From Eledone cirrhosa (Eukaryota): a stretch of 64,000 nucleotides of DNA. A program made the translations under genes and the position numbers. Positions 34,666-47,699 of the stretch are shown here, one piece after another (position 1 is the first letter of the stretch; each line of letters opens with the position of its first letter). Below the pieces are notes generated by a model. It ran no database searches, was not told the origin of the DNA, and was given only the letters and a program-made list of their open reading frames with translations. Location of the stretch: the NCBI GenBank assembly GCA_964016885.1, contig OZ024744.1, positions 124,682,001 to 124,746,000 on the forward strand, given 5' to 3'.

Positions 34666-35507
34666 TTCGTTTTCTCGACGGCTAGCCGCATTTCGTGATC
34701 CGCCTTTCGATTGCGCTTCCGTCGCGGCAAAAGAATTGCCTTTCCAGACCGCCGTCGCCCGACCGGACCCATGATAGAAGACGTTCGTTACCGTTGGAGC
34801 AACGCAAATTACTCCTCGGTTGACGCCAAAAACGAACGCCTTCCCGCCTCGCGCCGCCTTCTCCTCGCCGACCCTCGGCCTCGACGATTAGCCACTTTCC
34901 GTCACAGCAGTAGATACGCGTCCGTCGTAATAGCCGTCATTTTAACGCAGGAGAAACGCCTAATTGCCCTGCACCGCGTTTGACGGCGATCTACGACGGC
35001 GACGATGCGCGCACTCTTCCTTGCTGCGACGAAGGTTTCGGCTTTTCGTCGTGGACCCGGTCAGGTCATGCCGCTGACCTCGCGTTACGGCGACGCGAGA
35101 AGACGTTCGTTACCGCTGGAGCAACGCAAATTACTCCTCGGTTGACGCCAAAAACGAACGCCTCGCGCCGCCGCTTCCTCCTCGGCCTCGACGATTAGCC
35201 GCTTTCCGTCACAGCAGTAGATACGCGTCCATCGTAATAGCCGTCATTTTAACGCAGGAGAAACGCCTTGACGACGATATACGACGGGTCGACGACGCGC
35301 GCACTCTTTCTGCTGCGACGAAGGTTTTGGCTTTTCGTTGTGGACCCGGTCGGGTCATGCCTCTGACCTCGCGTTGCGTCGCCACCGCCGCGGCGGGCTT
35401 GGGTTTAGCCGTAGCTACCCTCGTTTTGCCAACGGCGACGCGAGAAGACGTTCGTTACCGCTGGAGCAACGCAAATTACTCCTCGGATGAGGCCAAAAAC
35501 GAACGCT
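34666..35507 (+). repeat. GC-rich block homologous to the 18S-upstream (ETS-like) region, internally duplicated, no rRNA downstream
   Basis: Shares GAAGACGTTCGTTACCGCTGGAGCAACGCAAATTACTCCTCGG and CCGTCACAGCAGTAG..GTAATAGCCGTCATTTT with 41648-42720. Confidence 0.8.
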
Positions 35508-35585
35508 GAAGAGATATTGTCCATGGATATCGGGAATTTTACCCGCCCTAGATAGATAGATAGATAGGGATGTATGTATGTATGT

Positions 35586-35627
<42 letters not shown>

Positions 35628-36006
35628 GTATGTATCTTTCTCATTCTCTCTGTATGTATGTATGTATGTATATATATATAATTATATATTTATAGACATC
35701 CTGAAAGCTTTTTAAATGTCTGAGAGATTGGCTAAATATGTTTTGCAGGTATGACCAGTAAGAGAGAGGTAAGTTATTTCAAAACAATTCTTTGACCATT
35801 ATTTTAAGGTACTATCTCAGTGTATTTTTAAATTGACCTCTTGATAGGATGAAATGACCTGTATAATTTTTTTCATATTTAGATGGAATAGAAGAAAAAC
35901 AAGAAAAATGAAATGAATTCAAACAGAAAATATACACCAATGCCAATGGAGGTATGATTTCAGTTTAATCTTAACCTAATGACCACTTTACAGAGTGTAC
36001 TGGATA

Positions 36007-36083
<77 letters not shown>

Positions 36084-36569
36084 AGGAAGCTCCAACCGTT
36101 AAGGTTGTCTTTCCATTTATTAATATATTGTGTATTTACTCCACTAAACTGTTGAGTGCTTTATATCAGTTATAAAAAAATTTCAGCTTGTTGAATCCCA
36201 AAATAGTTGTTGAAACAGCCACAGCTCAGCCGTCGGGGTCCTGAATATTTATCATATATATATACGTATGAGTGTGTGTGTTTTGAGAATTAATAATTAT
36301 ATAAACAAGTTTGTAATGAACAATTTATTTCTTATCAAAACTGTATAAACATGATATTATTTACAGTAAGAATAACAATAATAATGATGGTTTCTAGTAA
36401 AGGTGGAAGGCCAGTAATTTGGGGGAGGGGAAAGTTGATTAAATCGAAGAGAGAAAGAAAGAAAAAACAGAACGGGAAGGAGAGGGGATGGCAAGAGGTC
36501 CGGTGTCGCAGGAGAGAGGGGAGGGTGGTTGAGCTTTGAGTCTAGGGCAAGAGGGCAGAAATGCTGCGC

Positions 36570-37020
36570 CCCACGGATAAGACGGCAAAAATATTCTCGC
36601 GGACGATGGCCAGAGATACCCAATGCAACAACCACCCAACCTCGCGGTGTTCCCTCCTCAGATGGGCTGCTGACTCTCCGATCTTTTGGAGGAGCTCGGC
36701 AGTACAAGGTCCAAGTACTCCTGGGGTCTCGACGTTGACTGGTGCAGAGAGGAAGTGGCCGGACAATCCTCGGTATTTGTTTATTTTACGTTCTTCTGCG
36801 AGGTGGGCTGCGATGCCGGGGTTTGTGACCGAAACGACTTGGAAACGAAGTTGTAGGCGGAGATTGTGTCGTAGCTGGTGGTGTCCCAGATGAGGGACCT
36901 ACGTCCTTCGAATGGGAAGAGAGTGATTCCGTCGGGGCGCTTGCCATCTCCGGGACCTGTTGGCCCCAGTTGTGATGGGAAGCCAGCTGCGTCCAGGCTT
37001 CTTCTCAATATGTCGTTGAC
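36570..37020 (-). mobile_element. Degenerate CRE-like non-LTR retrotransposon, restriction-like endonuclease C-terminus
   Basis: DGKRPDGITLFPF..LIWDTT, then after a frameshift VETPGVLGP..VSLAIVREN. Confidence 0.78.
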
Positions 37021-37574
37021 AACGACGTGTATCTATTCAATAATTATTTGAATATTGAAATTTTAGGTTTAACTACCTTTTAAACCAAATACATTAAGAA
37101 AGGCATGACCAACACCACATCATTTTTATTTCTATTTTGAAAGTAGGTTTATAAGTATTAAATTTCAGTAGATTCTTATATCCTTCATGGTGGTCTGGTG
37201 GGAGATACGAGAGATGGTGGAGGTTCTGGTCTGGGGTTCAATCCTGCTCAGGAGATACTCTAAGGGGGTTCATACTAAACTTCTTCAGTGTTTCTTATCT
37301 CTAGAGACAAATATATATACATAAGGTAATCTGGTAAAGTTGTTAGAACATCACATAGAATTCTTTGTAGTATTTTTTCCAGTTCTTCAATCTGAGTTCA
37401 ACTTTACTTTTCTTCCATTCGGGGTTGATAATAACGTACCAGTCAAATACTAGGGGTTAATTCTTCCTCTATATCTCTTTCTCACTCTCTGTCTGTTTTA
37501 TTAAGACCTGGAGAGGTGATGTACTCTACCAGGTTTTATAATGAGTGATGGGGTCATACCTGCCTGCTACACCT

Positions 37575-37895
37575 CTGTGTACTAAGTGTAGCATATTATA
37601 TCCTTGTTCAGGGCCTTCCTGACATTACTGTGTACTAAGGGTAGCATTTTATATCCTTGTTCAGGGCCATCTTAACATTGCTGTGTACTAAGTGTAGCAT
37701 ATTATATCCTTGTTCGGGGCCTTCCTGACATTAGTGTGTACTGAGTGTAGATTTTAACATCCTTGTTCTGGGCCTTCCTAACATTACTGTGTACTGAGTG
37801 TAGATTTTAACATCTTTGTTCAGAGCCTTCCTTACATTACTGTGTACTAAGTGTAGCATTTCATATACTTGTTCTGGGCCTTCCTAACGTTACTG
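37575..37895. repeat. 53-bp minisatellite, ~6 copies
   Basis: CTGTGTACTAAGTGTAGCAT..CCTTGTTC..GGCCTTCCT..CATTA at 37575, 37628 and onward. Confidence 0.9.
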
Positions 37896-37899
37896 TGGA

Positions 37900-38670
37900 A
37901 ATAGTAGTTTATATCCAATATGTAATATAGATATGGATTCTACAGGACTAAAACTCATTAATATGAGGGGTATTAGTAGATTATATGCCATATTTAATAG
38001 AGAAATGGCTTCTACAAGACTAAAACTCATTAATATGAGGGGTATTACAGTTTATATGCCATATTTAATACAGAAATGGCTTCTAAAGGACTAGAACTCT
38101 TTAAATTGAATAAAATAGTAGTATATATCCTATGTTTAATACAGAAATGCCTTCTAAAGGACTCATTAATATGAGGGTATTAGTAGATTATATAACATAT
38201 TTAATACAGAAATGGCTTTTAAATTCAGGGACTCGTTAATTTGATGGAAATAGTAGTGTCTATGCAATATTTAATACAGAAATAGCTTCTACAGGACTAA
38301 AACTAATTAATATGAGGGGTATTAGTAGTATATGTGCCATATTTAATACAGAGATGGCTTCTAAATGGAGGTATCTCATTAATTCGATTGAAATGGTAGT
38401 GTATATGCAATATTTAATACAGAAATAGCTTCTACAAGAATAAAACTCATTAATATGAAGGTTATTATTACATTATATGCCATATTTAATACAGAAATCG
38501 GTTCTAAAGGACTAGAACTCTTTAATTCAAATCAAATAGTAGTATAAAGCAATATTTACTACAGAAATGGCTTCTACAAGACTAAAAATCCTTAATATGA
38601 GGGGTATTGTTAGATTATATACCATATTTAATACAGAAATGGCTTCTAAATGAAGAAATCTCTTTAATTC
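37900..38670. repeat. ~70-bp AT-rich minisatellite, ~11 diverged copies
   Basis: Recurring ATATTTAATACAGAAATGGCTTCTA..GACTAAAACTCATTAAT. Confidence 0.85.
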
Positions 38671-39333
38671 GATAGTAATAGTAATAATAATAATAGTAAT
38701 AGTAATAATACAGCCAATTTTCCACGCAATACTTTTAGTTAGCACCCCGAACGCATAATTGGGAATATAATCACTTATTTCCTAATGTTTGTTGAGTGAG
38801 TTGGGAAAAAAAACTTGGGAAATATATTTTCAGGGTCTCAAAATCTTAAAGAGAAAAAAAAGTCCTGTGGAAGGTAGCAAAACAATTAGGAAGAAAATGG
38901 TTTGAAGTTGGTTGGTGAGTATAAGATTACAGTATCTTGTTGATTTCTATAAAGTTTACTTTTAACTGAATTGGTAAAAATGGATAAATTAGAAGACACA
39001 ATATAATAACTAATATTGTCTTCTAAAACAGGGAATAAAAATATGTTGGTGTATTGGGGGGGGGGGGGGGGGGGTAAACATGTGAGTTAATGGGAATGTT
39101 TTTGTTTGTTTTTATTGAAACATATTCAATCTACAGATAGGTTGTTATAGTTATTTAGTCTCGGGTCTGCCATTATCTGCAGATTTATAATTGAGGGGTG
39201 TTCCAGGTGTGACCACCCTACATTATTCCTAGAGATTGTTACTCCTTCATTCTTCAGTCATCTTGGTCTTCTTATGAGATGGTGGTGTAGTCTTATTTAT
39301 TGTTAAGGTTATGGTCTTCCTTTGTCCACACTC

Positions 39334-39375
<42 letters not shown>

Positions 39376-39639
39376 AAAGGCTTCCTTCTCTGGAAAAAGA
39401 TGATTTAATATTCACAACCATCTGTCTAATTGTTTTCTGATGAGAATAAAGTTAATCTTGCTTGTATGTCTACCTGATCAAATGACTGGCTGATATCTTG
39501 AAGTCATTTACACCACAGAACTGTAGGAGTCTTGATCCCTCAAGCCATACCTCTAGCCATCATGTACTCCAAAAGAGTCTCACCTTGGTGCTACTCAACA
39601 TGTCCATTAAATTTAGCAGCAAGGATGCCCTCTTCTTAG

Positions 39640-40400
39640 TGAGAGACAACTACAAGAGAGGTTCTTAGAGAAGAATAAGCCACTATAGTTAACTTTTGTT
39701 GACATAGAGAACCCCGATCTGTCATCTGGTGGTCCTTAAGGAAACTAGGTGTAGGGGAATGGCTTGTGAGGACAGTGCAAGCTATGTACAAGGGTGCTGT
39801 CAGTAAAGTGAGAGGAGGAATTCCAGAAACAAAGTAGGTGTACATCAGGGTTCGGTCCTCAGTCCGCTCTTGTTCATTATAGTCCTCCCTCCCTCCCTCC
39901 CTCCCTCCCTCCAAGCCATAACAGAGGAGGAGTAGTTTAAGACTGGATGCCCATGGGAACTTCTCTATGCTGACGATCTGGTTCTTATAGCAGAATCAGT
40001 AGAGGAGCTAGCTAGAGAATAAATTCTGGCTATGGAAACAGCAGTAGTTGGAATCAAGAAGACTGAGAGTGAACCTAGCTAAGACAAAAGTGTTTATAAG
40101 TAGAAGAGAGGACAAAACTCTGATTCTGTCAGGGAAATGGCCATGTTCGATATGTAGGAAAGGAGTTGGCATAAATTCTATGAAATGTAGTACGCAATGC
40201 AGATCTTGGCTACACAAGAGATGTAGTGGGATAGCAGGAAAACTGACTGACAGGTAGGGAGAAATACGTATGCAGTAGATGTACAGGGAAATTTGACAGA
40301 GATTGCAGTGATAGACACATTTTTCAAATGCAGGTGGGATCTATAGAGGGAGTTGATAGCTTCTGATACCTAGGTGATCAGATTAGTAAGGGAGGAGGGT
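39640..40400 (+). mobile_element. Degenerate RTE LINE: RT core plus cysteine-rich insert
   Basis: IWWSLRKLGV.EWLV, VHQGSVLSPLLF, LLYADDLVL, VNLAKTK, KWPCSICRKGVG..WLHKRCSG; interrupted by (CCCT)n. Confidence 0.85.
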
Positions 40401-40930
40401 GATATAAAATATATTGTTATCATGACTGTCTTTATTATTTAAATTACCTCTGTCTATTTACAGATTTTACAGAGTGTACTGGGTGCTTTTATGATGAGAG
40501 CAGCAACTCTATACGATTTTACAGAGTGTACTTGGTGCTTTTATCATGGCACATGGCAGCAGCAGCGGCAGCAACTACGATTTTACAGAGTGTACTTGGT
40601 GCTTTTTACTCTGACATCAGCACTGAGGAAGTTGTCATATTTTCAGCTAAATTAATGAGTAGAAAAACCAAGTTTCTGCTACAAAAAATTCTCAGATTCA
40701 AGGGAGACATTCAGTTTAAGTATGGTATACTGTCACTAAGGCAGCAAATTGGCAGAGTCGCTAGAATATCAGATAGCATTCTTTACATTATTTGTTTCAG
40801 CTCTCTGTTCTCTCAATTCAAATCCTGCTCAGGTCAACTTTGCCTTTCATCCATACAAAATAGATTAATAAAAGTACCAGTGTATTACTGGGGTCAATTC
40901 TTCTTCTAACTCTTCTGCACTTCCATTCTC

Positions 40931-40998
<68 letters not shown>

Positions 40999-41199
40999 AT
41001 GCTTCTTTAGAACACATCTGCTGTATTCAGACCTGGAGCGGAGATGGGCTCCACCAAGTTTTAAAAATTGCCCTTTAAGCGCTGTATGTCAATATGGTGC
41101 CCCTATGATTCCCTCCCTCAGGAGTTATGGGACCATAGATACTGTCAATTGTAAAGAATAACAGAGATATTCAGTGCTAGTGTGGTGTTCTGTCAGTTG

Positions 41200-41425
41200 T
41201 GGAGATTGATGAATCTAAACAGAAATATCAACAGCACTTTTCATTTCTGAGTAACACATTTGTTACCAAGTGCTGCATGGCTGGAATGAAAATCAGTGCT
41301 GTGAAAACCAAGACATTCATCCTCTCAAGGAAGCTTGTGCAGTGCACTCTACATGTAAATGGAGTCCCACTGAAGCAGGTAGAAAAGTTCATGTATCTCG
41401 AAGCTGTGTTCACGAGTGATGACAG
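41200..41425 (+). mobile_element. RTE-like RT C-terminal fragment from a different subfamily
   Basis: GMKISAVKTK..LHVNGVPLKQVEKFMYL. Confidence 0.6.
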
Positions 41426-41559
41426 AGACGGCAAAGGCACAACACACAACAGAAGAAAAGAACAATGACAATTATTATTATTATTATTATTATTATTTGT
41501 TTTATTAGTTTTATTATAATAAAAATTGTGCTGTTAGTTTGCTTGCTATACCATCATGT

Positions 41560-41647
41560 ACCCTAACCCTAAACCTAACCCCAACTCCAACTCTGACCCT
41601 AAACCTAACCCCAACCCCAACCCCAACCCTAACCCTAACCCTAACCC
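41560..41647. repeat. Degenerate telomere-like hexamers (CCCTAA/CCCCAA)
   Basis: About 14 hexamers directly upstream of the 169/172-bp repeats. Confidence 0.8.
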
Positions 41648-42400
41648 ACGATAGAAGACGTTCGTTACCGCTGGAGCAACGCAAATTACTCCTCGGTTGA
41701 CGCCAAAAACGAACGCCTTCTCGACGGCTAGCCGCATTTCGTGATCCGCCTTTCGATTGCGCTTCCGTCGCGGAAAAAGAATTGCCTTTATAGGCCGCCG
41801 CCGCCCGACCGGACCCACGATAGAAGACGTTCGTTACCGCTGGAGCAACGCAAATTACTCCTCGGTTGACGCCAAAAACGAACGCCTTCTCGACGGCTAG
41901 CCGCATTTCGTGATCCGCCTTTCGATTGCGCTTCCGTCGCGGAAAAAGAATTGCCTTTATAGGCCGCCGCCGCCCGACCGGACCCACGATAGAAGACGTT
42001 CGTTACCGCTGGAGCAACGCAAATTACTCCTCGGTTGACGCCAAAAACGAACGCCTTCTCGACGGCTAGCCGCATTTCGTGATCCGCCTTTCGATTGCGC
42101 TTCCGTCGCGGAAAAAGAATTGCCTTTATAGGCCGCCGCCGCCGCCCGACCGGACCCACGATAGAAGACGTTCGTTACCGCTGGAGCAACGCAAATTACT
42201 CCTCGGTTGACGCCAAAAACGAACGCCTTCTCGACGGCTAGCCGCATTTCGTGATCCGCCTTTCGATTGCGCTTCCGTCGCGGAAAAAGAATTGCCTTTA
42301 TAGGCCGCCGCCGCCGCCCGACCGGACCCACGATAGAAGACGTTCGTTACCGCTGGAGCAACGCAAATTACTCCTCGGTTGACGCCAAAAACGAACGCCT
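41648..42400 (+). repeat. 169/172-bp GC-rich tandem repeat upstream of 18S (ETS/IGS-like subrepeat), 4 full copies plus a partial
   Basis: Periods 169, 169, 172, 172, differing by one GCC; lies ~360 bp upstream of the 18S 5' end. Confidence 0.88.
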
Positions 42401-42759
42401 TCCGGTTCGGGCGACGTAAAAGTCTGTAGCCTTTTCGCCGATCCTCGACGATTATCCGCCTTCCGAACAACCGCCTTTCCGCCGTCACAGCAGTAGGTAC
42501 TCGTCCGTCGTAATAGCCGTCATTTTAATGCAGGAGAAACGCCTAAATGCACTGCGATTGACGACGATCTACGACGCGCTTACTCTTCCTTGCTGCGACG
42601 AAGGTTTCGTTCGGCTTTTCGTCGTGGACCCGGTCAGGTCATGCCGCTGATCTCGCGTTGCGTCGTTACCGCTGGAGCAACGCAAATTACTCCTCGTTTA
42701 ACGCCAACATCGAACGCGCTTCGGTTCTCGGTCGTCGTTGTTTTGTTTCGTGCGGAAGA

Positions 42760-42945
42760 TACCTGGGTGATCCTGCCAGTAGTCATATGCTTGTCTCAAA
42801 GCTTAAGCCATGCAAGTGGAAGTTCATGCCGTAAACGAAAATGGTGAAACCGCGAATGGCTCAGGAACCGGATCTAATCCTCGGGACCGTATTCCTCACC
42901 GCGAGGAGAGGATAACTGTGGCAATTCTAGAGCTAATACATGCAA
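42760..42945 (+). pseudogene. 18S rRNA 5' end fragment
   Basis: TACCTGGGTGATCCTGCCAGTAGTCATATGCTTGTCTCAAAGCTTAAGCCATGCA; GGTGAAACCGCGAATGGCTCA; GGATAACTGTGGCAATTCTAGAGCTAATACATGC, all near-universal eukaryotic SSU motifs. Confidence 0.93.
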
Positions 42946-45900
42946 TTGAGATCGGAGAGGGAGCGATCCGTCTGCTTGATTCCGATAACGAACGAGACAT
43001 TCGTATCCGAAAGAACGTTTGTCTGGAAACTGGTGCAGTCAGTGAGTCGAAAAAAAAATATCTCGGTGGTAGTAGCAAATATTCGAACGAGACATTCGTA
43101 TGCGAAAGAACGTTTGTCGGTGGTAGTAGCAAATATTCGAACGAGACATTCGTATGCGAAAGAACGTTTGTCGGTGGTAGTAGCAAATATTCGAACGAGA
43201 CATTCGTATGCGAAAGAACGTTTGTCTGGAAGTGGCGATCCATGCCCGGTGGATAGTTGGTTCCGGGTTTTACTATGATTGTTGCAAAACAGAAACTTAA
43301 AGGGATTGACAGAATTTGCGATTCCGGAGAGGGGGCGATCCGTCTGCTTGATTCCGATAACGAACGAGACATTCGTATCCGAAAGAACGTTTGTCTGGAA
43401 ACTGGTGAGTCAGTGAGTCGAAAAAAAAAATATCTCGGTGGTAGTAGCAAATATTCGAACGAGACATTCGTATGCGAAAGAACGTTTGTCGGTGGTAGTA
43501 GCAAATATTCGAACGAGACATTCGTATGCGAAAGAACGTTTGTCGGTGGTAGTAGCAAATATTCGAACGAGACATTCGTAGGCGAAAGAAAAATATCTCG
43601 GTGGTAGTAGCAAATATTCGAACGAGACATTCGTATTCGAAAGAACGTTTGTCTGGAAGTTGCGATCCATGCCCGGTGGATAGTTGGTTCCGGGTTTTAC
43701 TATGATTGTTGCAAAACAGAAACTTAAAGGGATTGACAGAATTTGCGATTCCGGAGAGGGGGCGATCCGTCTGCTTGATTCCGATAACGAACGAGACATT
43801 CGTATCCGAAAGAACGTTTGTCTGGAAACTGGTGAGTCAGTGAGTCGAAAAAAAAAATATCTCGGTGGTAGTAGCAAATATTCGAACGAGACATTCGTAT
43901 GCGAAAGAACGTTTGTCGGTGGTAGTAGCAAATATTCGAACGAGACATTCGTATGCGAAAGAACGTTTGTCTGGAAGTGGCGATCCATGCCCGGTGGATA
44001 GTTGGTTCCGGGTTTTACTATGATTGTTGCAAAACAGAAACTTAAAGGGATTGACAGAATTTGCGATTCCGGAGAGAGGGCGATCCGTCTGCTTGATTCC
44101 GATAACGAACGAGACATTCGTATCCGAAAGAACGTTTGTCTGGAAACTGGTGCAGTCAGTGAGTCGAAAAAAAAATATCTCGGTGGTAGTAGCAAATATT
44201 CGAACGAGACATTCGTATGCGAAAGAACGTTTGTCGGTGGTAGTAGCAAATATTCGAACGAGACATTCGTATGCGAAAGAACGTTTGTCTGGAAGTGGCG
44301 ATCCATGCCCGGTGGATAGTTGGTTCCGGGTTTTACTATGATTGTTGCAAAACAGAAACTTAAAGGGATTGACAGAATTTGCGATTCCGGAGAGGGGGCG
44401 ATCCGTCTGCTTGATTCCGATAACGAACGAGACATTCGTATCCGAAAGAACGTTTGTCTGGAAACTGGTGAGTCAGTGAGTCGAAAAAAAAAATATCTCG
44501 GTGGTAGTAGCAAATATTCGAACGAGACATTCGTATGCGAAAGAACGTTTGTCGGTGGTAGTAGCAAATATTCGAACGAGACATTCGTATGCGAAAGAAC
44601 GTTTGTCGGTGGTAGTAGCAAATATTCGAACGAGACATTCGTAGGCGAAAGAAAAATATCTCGGTGGTAGTAGCAAATATTCGAACGAGACATTCGTATT
44701 CGAAAGAACGTTTGTCTGGAAGTTGCGATCCATGCCCGGTGGATAGTTGGTTCCGGGTTTTACTATGATTGTTGCAAAACAGAAACTTAAAGGGATTGAC
44801 AGAATTTGCGATTCCGGAGAGGGGGCGATCCGTCTGCTTGATTCCGATAACGAACGAGACATTCGTATCCGAAAGAACGTTTGTCTGGAAACTGGTGAGT
44901 CAGTGAGTCGAAAAAAAAAATATCTCGGTGGTAGTAGCAAATATTCGAACGAGACATTCGTATGCGAAAGAACGTTTGTCGGTGGTAGTAGCAAATATTC
45001 GAACGAGACATTCGTATGCGAAAGAACGTTTGTCGGTGGTAGTAGCAAATATTCGAACGAGACATTCGTATGCGAAAGAACGTTTGTCTGGAAGTGGCGA
45101 TCCATGCCCGGTGGATAGTTGGTTCCGGGTTTTACTATGATTGTTGCAAAACAGAAACTTAAAGGGATTGACAGAATTTGCGATTCCGGAGAGAGGGCGA
45201 TCCGTCTGCTTGATTCCGATAACGAACGAGACATTCGTATCCGAAAGAACGTTTGTCTGGAAACTGGTGAGTCAGTGAGTCGAAAAAAAAATATCTCGGT
45301 GGTAGTAGCGAATATTCGTATGCGAAAGAAAAGATCTCGGTGGTAGTAGCAAATATTCGAACGAGACATTCGTAGGCGAAAGAAAAATATCTCGGTGGTA
45401 GTAGCAAATATTCGAACGAGACATTCGTATGCGAAAGAACGTTTGTCGGTGGTAGTAGCAAATATTCGAACGAGACATTCGTATGCGAAAGAACGTTTGT
45501 CGGTGGTAGTAGCAAATATTCGAACGAGACATTCGTATGCGAAAGAACGTTTGTCTGGAAGTGGCGATCCATGCTCGGTGGATAGTTGGTTCCGGGTTTT
45601 ACTATGATTGTTGCAAAACAGAAACTTAAAGGGATTGACAGAATTTGCGATTCCGGAGAGGGGGCGATCCGTCTGCTTGATTCCGATAACGAACGAGACA
45701 TTCGTATCCGAAAGAACGTTTGTCTGGAAACTGGTGAGTCAGTGAGTCGAAAAAAAAATATCTCGGTGGTAGTAGCAAATATTCGAACGAGACATTCGTA
45801 TGCGAAAGAACGTTTGTCGGTGGTAGTAGCAAATATTCGAACGAGACATTCGTATGCGAAAGAACGTTTGTCTGGAAGTGGCGATCCATGCCCGGTGGAT

Positions 45901-47680
45901 AGTTGGTTCCGGGTTTTACTATGATTGTTGCAAAACAGAAACTTAAAGGGATTGACAGAATTTGCGATTCCGGAGAGGGGGCGATCCGTCTGCTTGATTC
46001 CGATAACGAACGAGACATTCGTATCCGAAAGAACGTTTGTCTGGAAACTGGTGAGTCGAAAAAAAAATATCTCGGTGGTAGTAGCAAATATTCGTATGCG
46101 AAAGAAAAGATCTCGGTGGTAGTAGCAAATATTCGAACGAGACATTCGTAGGCGAAAGAAAAATATCTCGGTGGTAGTAGCAAATATTCGAACGAGACAT
46201 TCGTATGCGAAAGAACGTTTGTCGGTGGTAGTAGCAAATATTCGAACGAGACATTCGTATGCGAAAGAACGTTTGTCGGTGGTAGTAGCAAATATTCGAA
46301 CGAGACATTCGTATGCGAAAGAACGTTTGTCTGGAAGTGGCGATCCATGCCCGGTGGATAGTTGGTTCCGGGTTTTACTATGATTGTTGCAAAACAGAAA
46401 CTTAAAGGGATTGACAGAATTTGCCATTCCGGAGAGGGGGCGATCCGTCTGCTTGATTCCGATAACGAACGAGACATTCGTATCCGAAAGAACGTTTGTC
46501 TGGAAACTGGTGAGTCAGTGAGTCGAAAAAAAAATATCTCGGTGGTAGTAGCAAATATTCGAACGAGACATTCGTATTCGAAAGAACGTTTGTCTGGAAG
46601 TTGCGATCCATGCCCGGTGGATAGTTGGTTCCGGGCTTTACTATGATTGTTGCAAAACAGAAACTTAAAGGGATTGACAGAATTTGCGATTCCGGAGAGG
46701 GGGCGATCCGTCTGCTTGATTTCGATAACGAACGAGACATTCGTATCCGAAAGAACGTTTGTCTGGAAACTGGTGAGTCAGTGAGTCGAAAAAAAAAATA
46801 TCTCGGTGGTAGTAGCAAATATTCGAACGAGACATTCGTATGCGAAAGAACGTTTGTCGGTGGTAGTAGCAAATATTCGAACGAGACATTCGTATGCGAA
46901 AGAACGTTTGTCGGTGGTAGTAGCAAATATTCGAACGAGACATTCGTATGCGAAAGAACGTTTGTCTGGAAGTGGCGATCCATGCCCGGTGGATAGTTGG
47001 TTCCGGGTTTTACTATGATTGTTGCAAAACAGAAACTTAAAGGGATTGACAGAATTTGCGATTCCAGAGAGAGGGCGATCCGTCTGCTTGATTCCGATAA
47101 CGAACGAGACATTCGTATCCGAAAGAACGTTTGTCTGGAAACTGGTGAGTCAGTGAGTCGAAAAAAAAATATCTCGGTGGTAGTAGCAAATATTCGAACG
47201 AGACATTCGTATGCGAAAGAACGTTTGTCTGGAAGTGGCGATCCATGCTCGGTGGATAGTTGGTTCCGGGTTTTACTATGATTGTTGCAAAACAGAAACT
47301 TAAAGGGATTGACAGAATTTGCGATTCCGGAGAGGGGGCGATCCGTCTGCTTGATTCCGATAACGAACGAGACATTCGTATCCGAAAGAACGTTTGTCTG
47401 GAAACTGGTGAGTCAGTGAGTCGAAAAAAAAATATCTCGGTGGTAGTAGCAAATATTCGTATGCGAAAGAAAAGATCTCGGTGGTAGTAGCAAATATTCG
47501 AACGAGACATTCGTATGCGAAAGAAAAATATCTCGGTGGTAGTAGCAAATATTCGAACGAGACATTCGTATTCGAAAGAACGTTTGTCTGGAAGTTGCGA
47601 TCCATGCCCGGTGGATAGTTGGTTCCGGGCTTTACTATGATTGTTGCAAAACAGAAACTTAAAGGAATTGACAGAATTTT
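42946..47680 (+). repeat. rRNA-derived mosaic satellite: 13 units of 263-467 bp with a variable 54-bp sub-repeat
   Basis: Unit markers at 43257, 43684, 44002, 44320, 44747, 45119, 45586, 45903, 46362, 46625, 46997, 47260, 47619. Contains 18S motifs (TTCCGATAACGAACGAGAC, GAAACTTAAAGG.ATTGAC) and a 28S motif (GGTGGTAGTAGCAAATATTC). Confidence 0.9.
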
Positions 47681-47699
47681 CGAATCGACATCAACTCGG

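Noticed and set aside
35749-35951. Two exon-like segments (35749-35768 and 35883-35951) with AG/GT boundaries
   Set aside because: The 69-nt segment has a stop in all three frames and no coherent gene model emerges; non-coding exons cannot be excluded without RNA data.
41670-41700. GCAACGCAAATTAC as an 18S fragment (GCGCGCAAATTACC)
   Set aside because: Match is only ~10 bp, too short to distinguish from chance.
42810-47605. ORFs up to 427 aa in the rRNA mosaic
   Set aside because: The 54-bp sub-repeat is a multiple of 3, frames shift with poly-A length, and the sequence is rRNA-derived.
42946-47680. CRISPR-like array
   Set aside because: No unique spacers, no cas genes, eukaryotic context; intervening sequences are themselves repeated.
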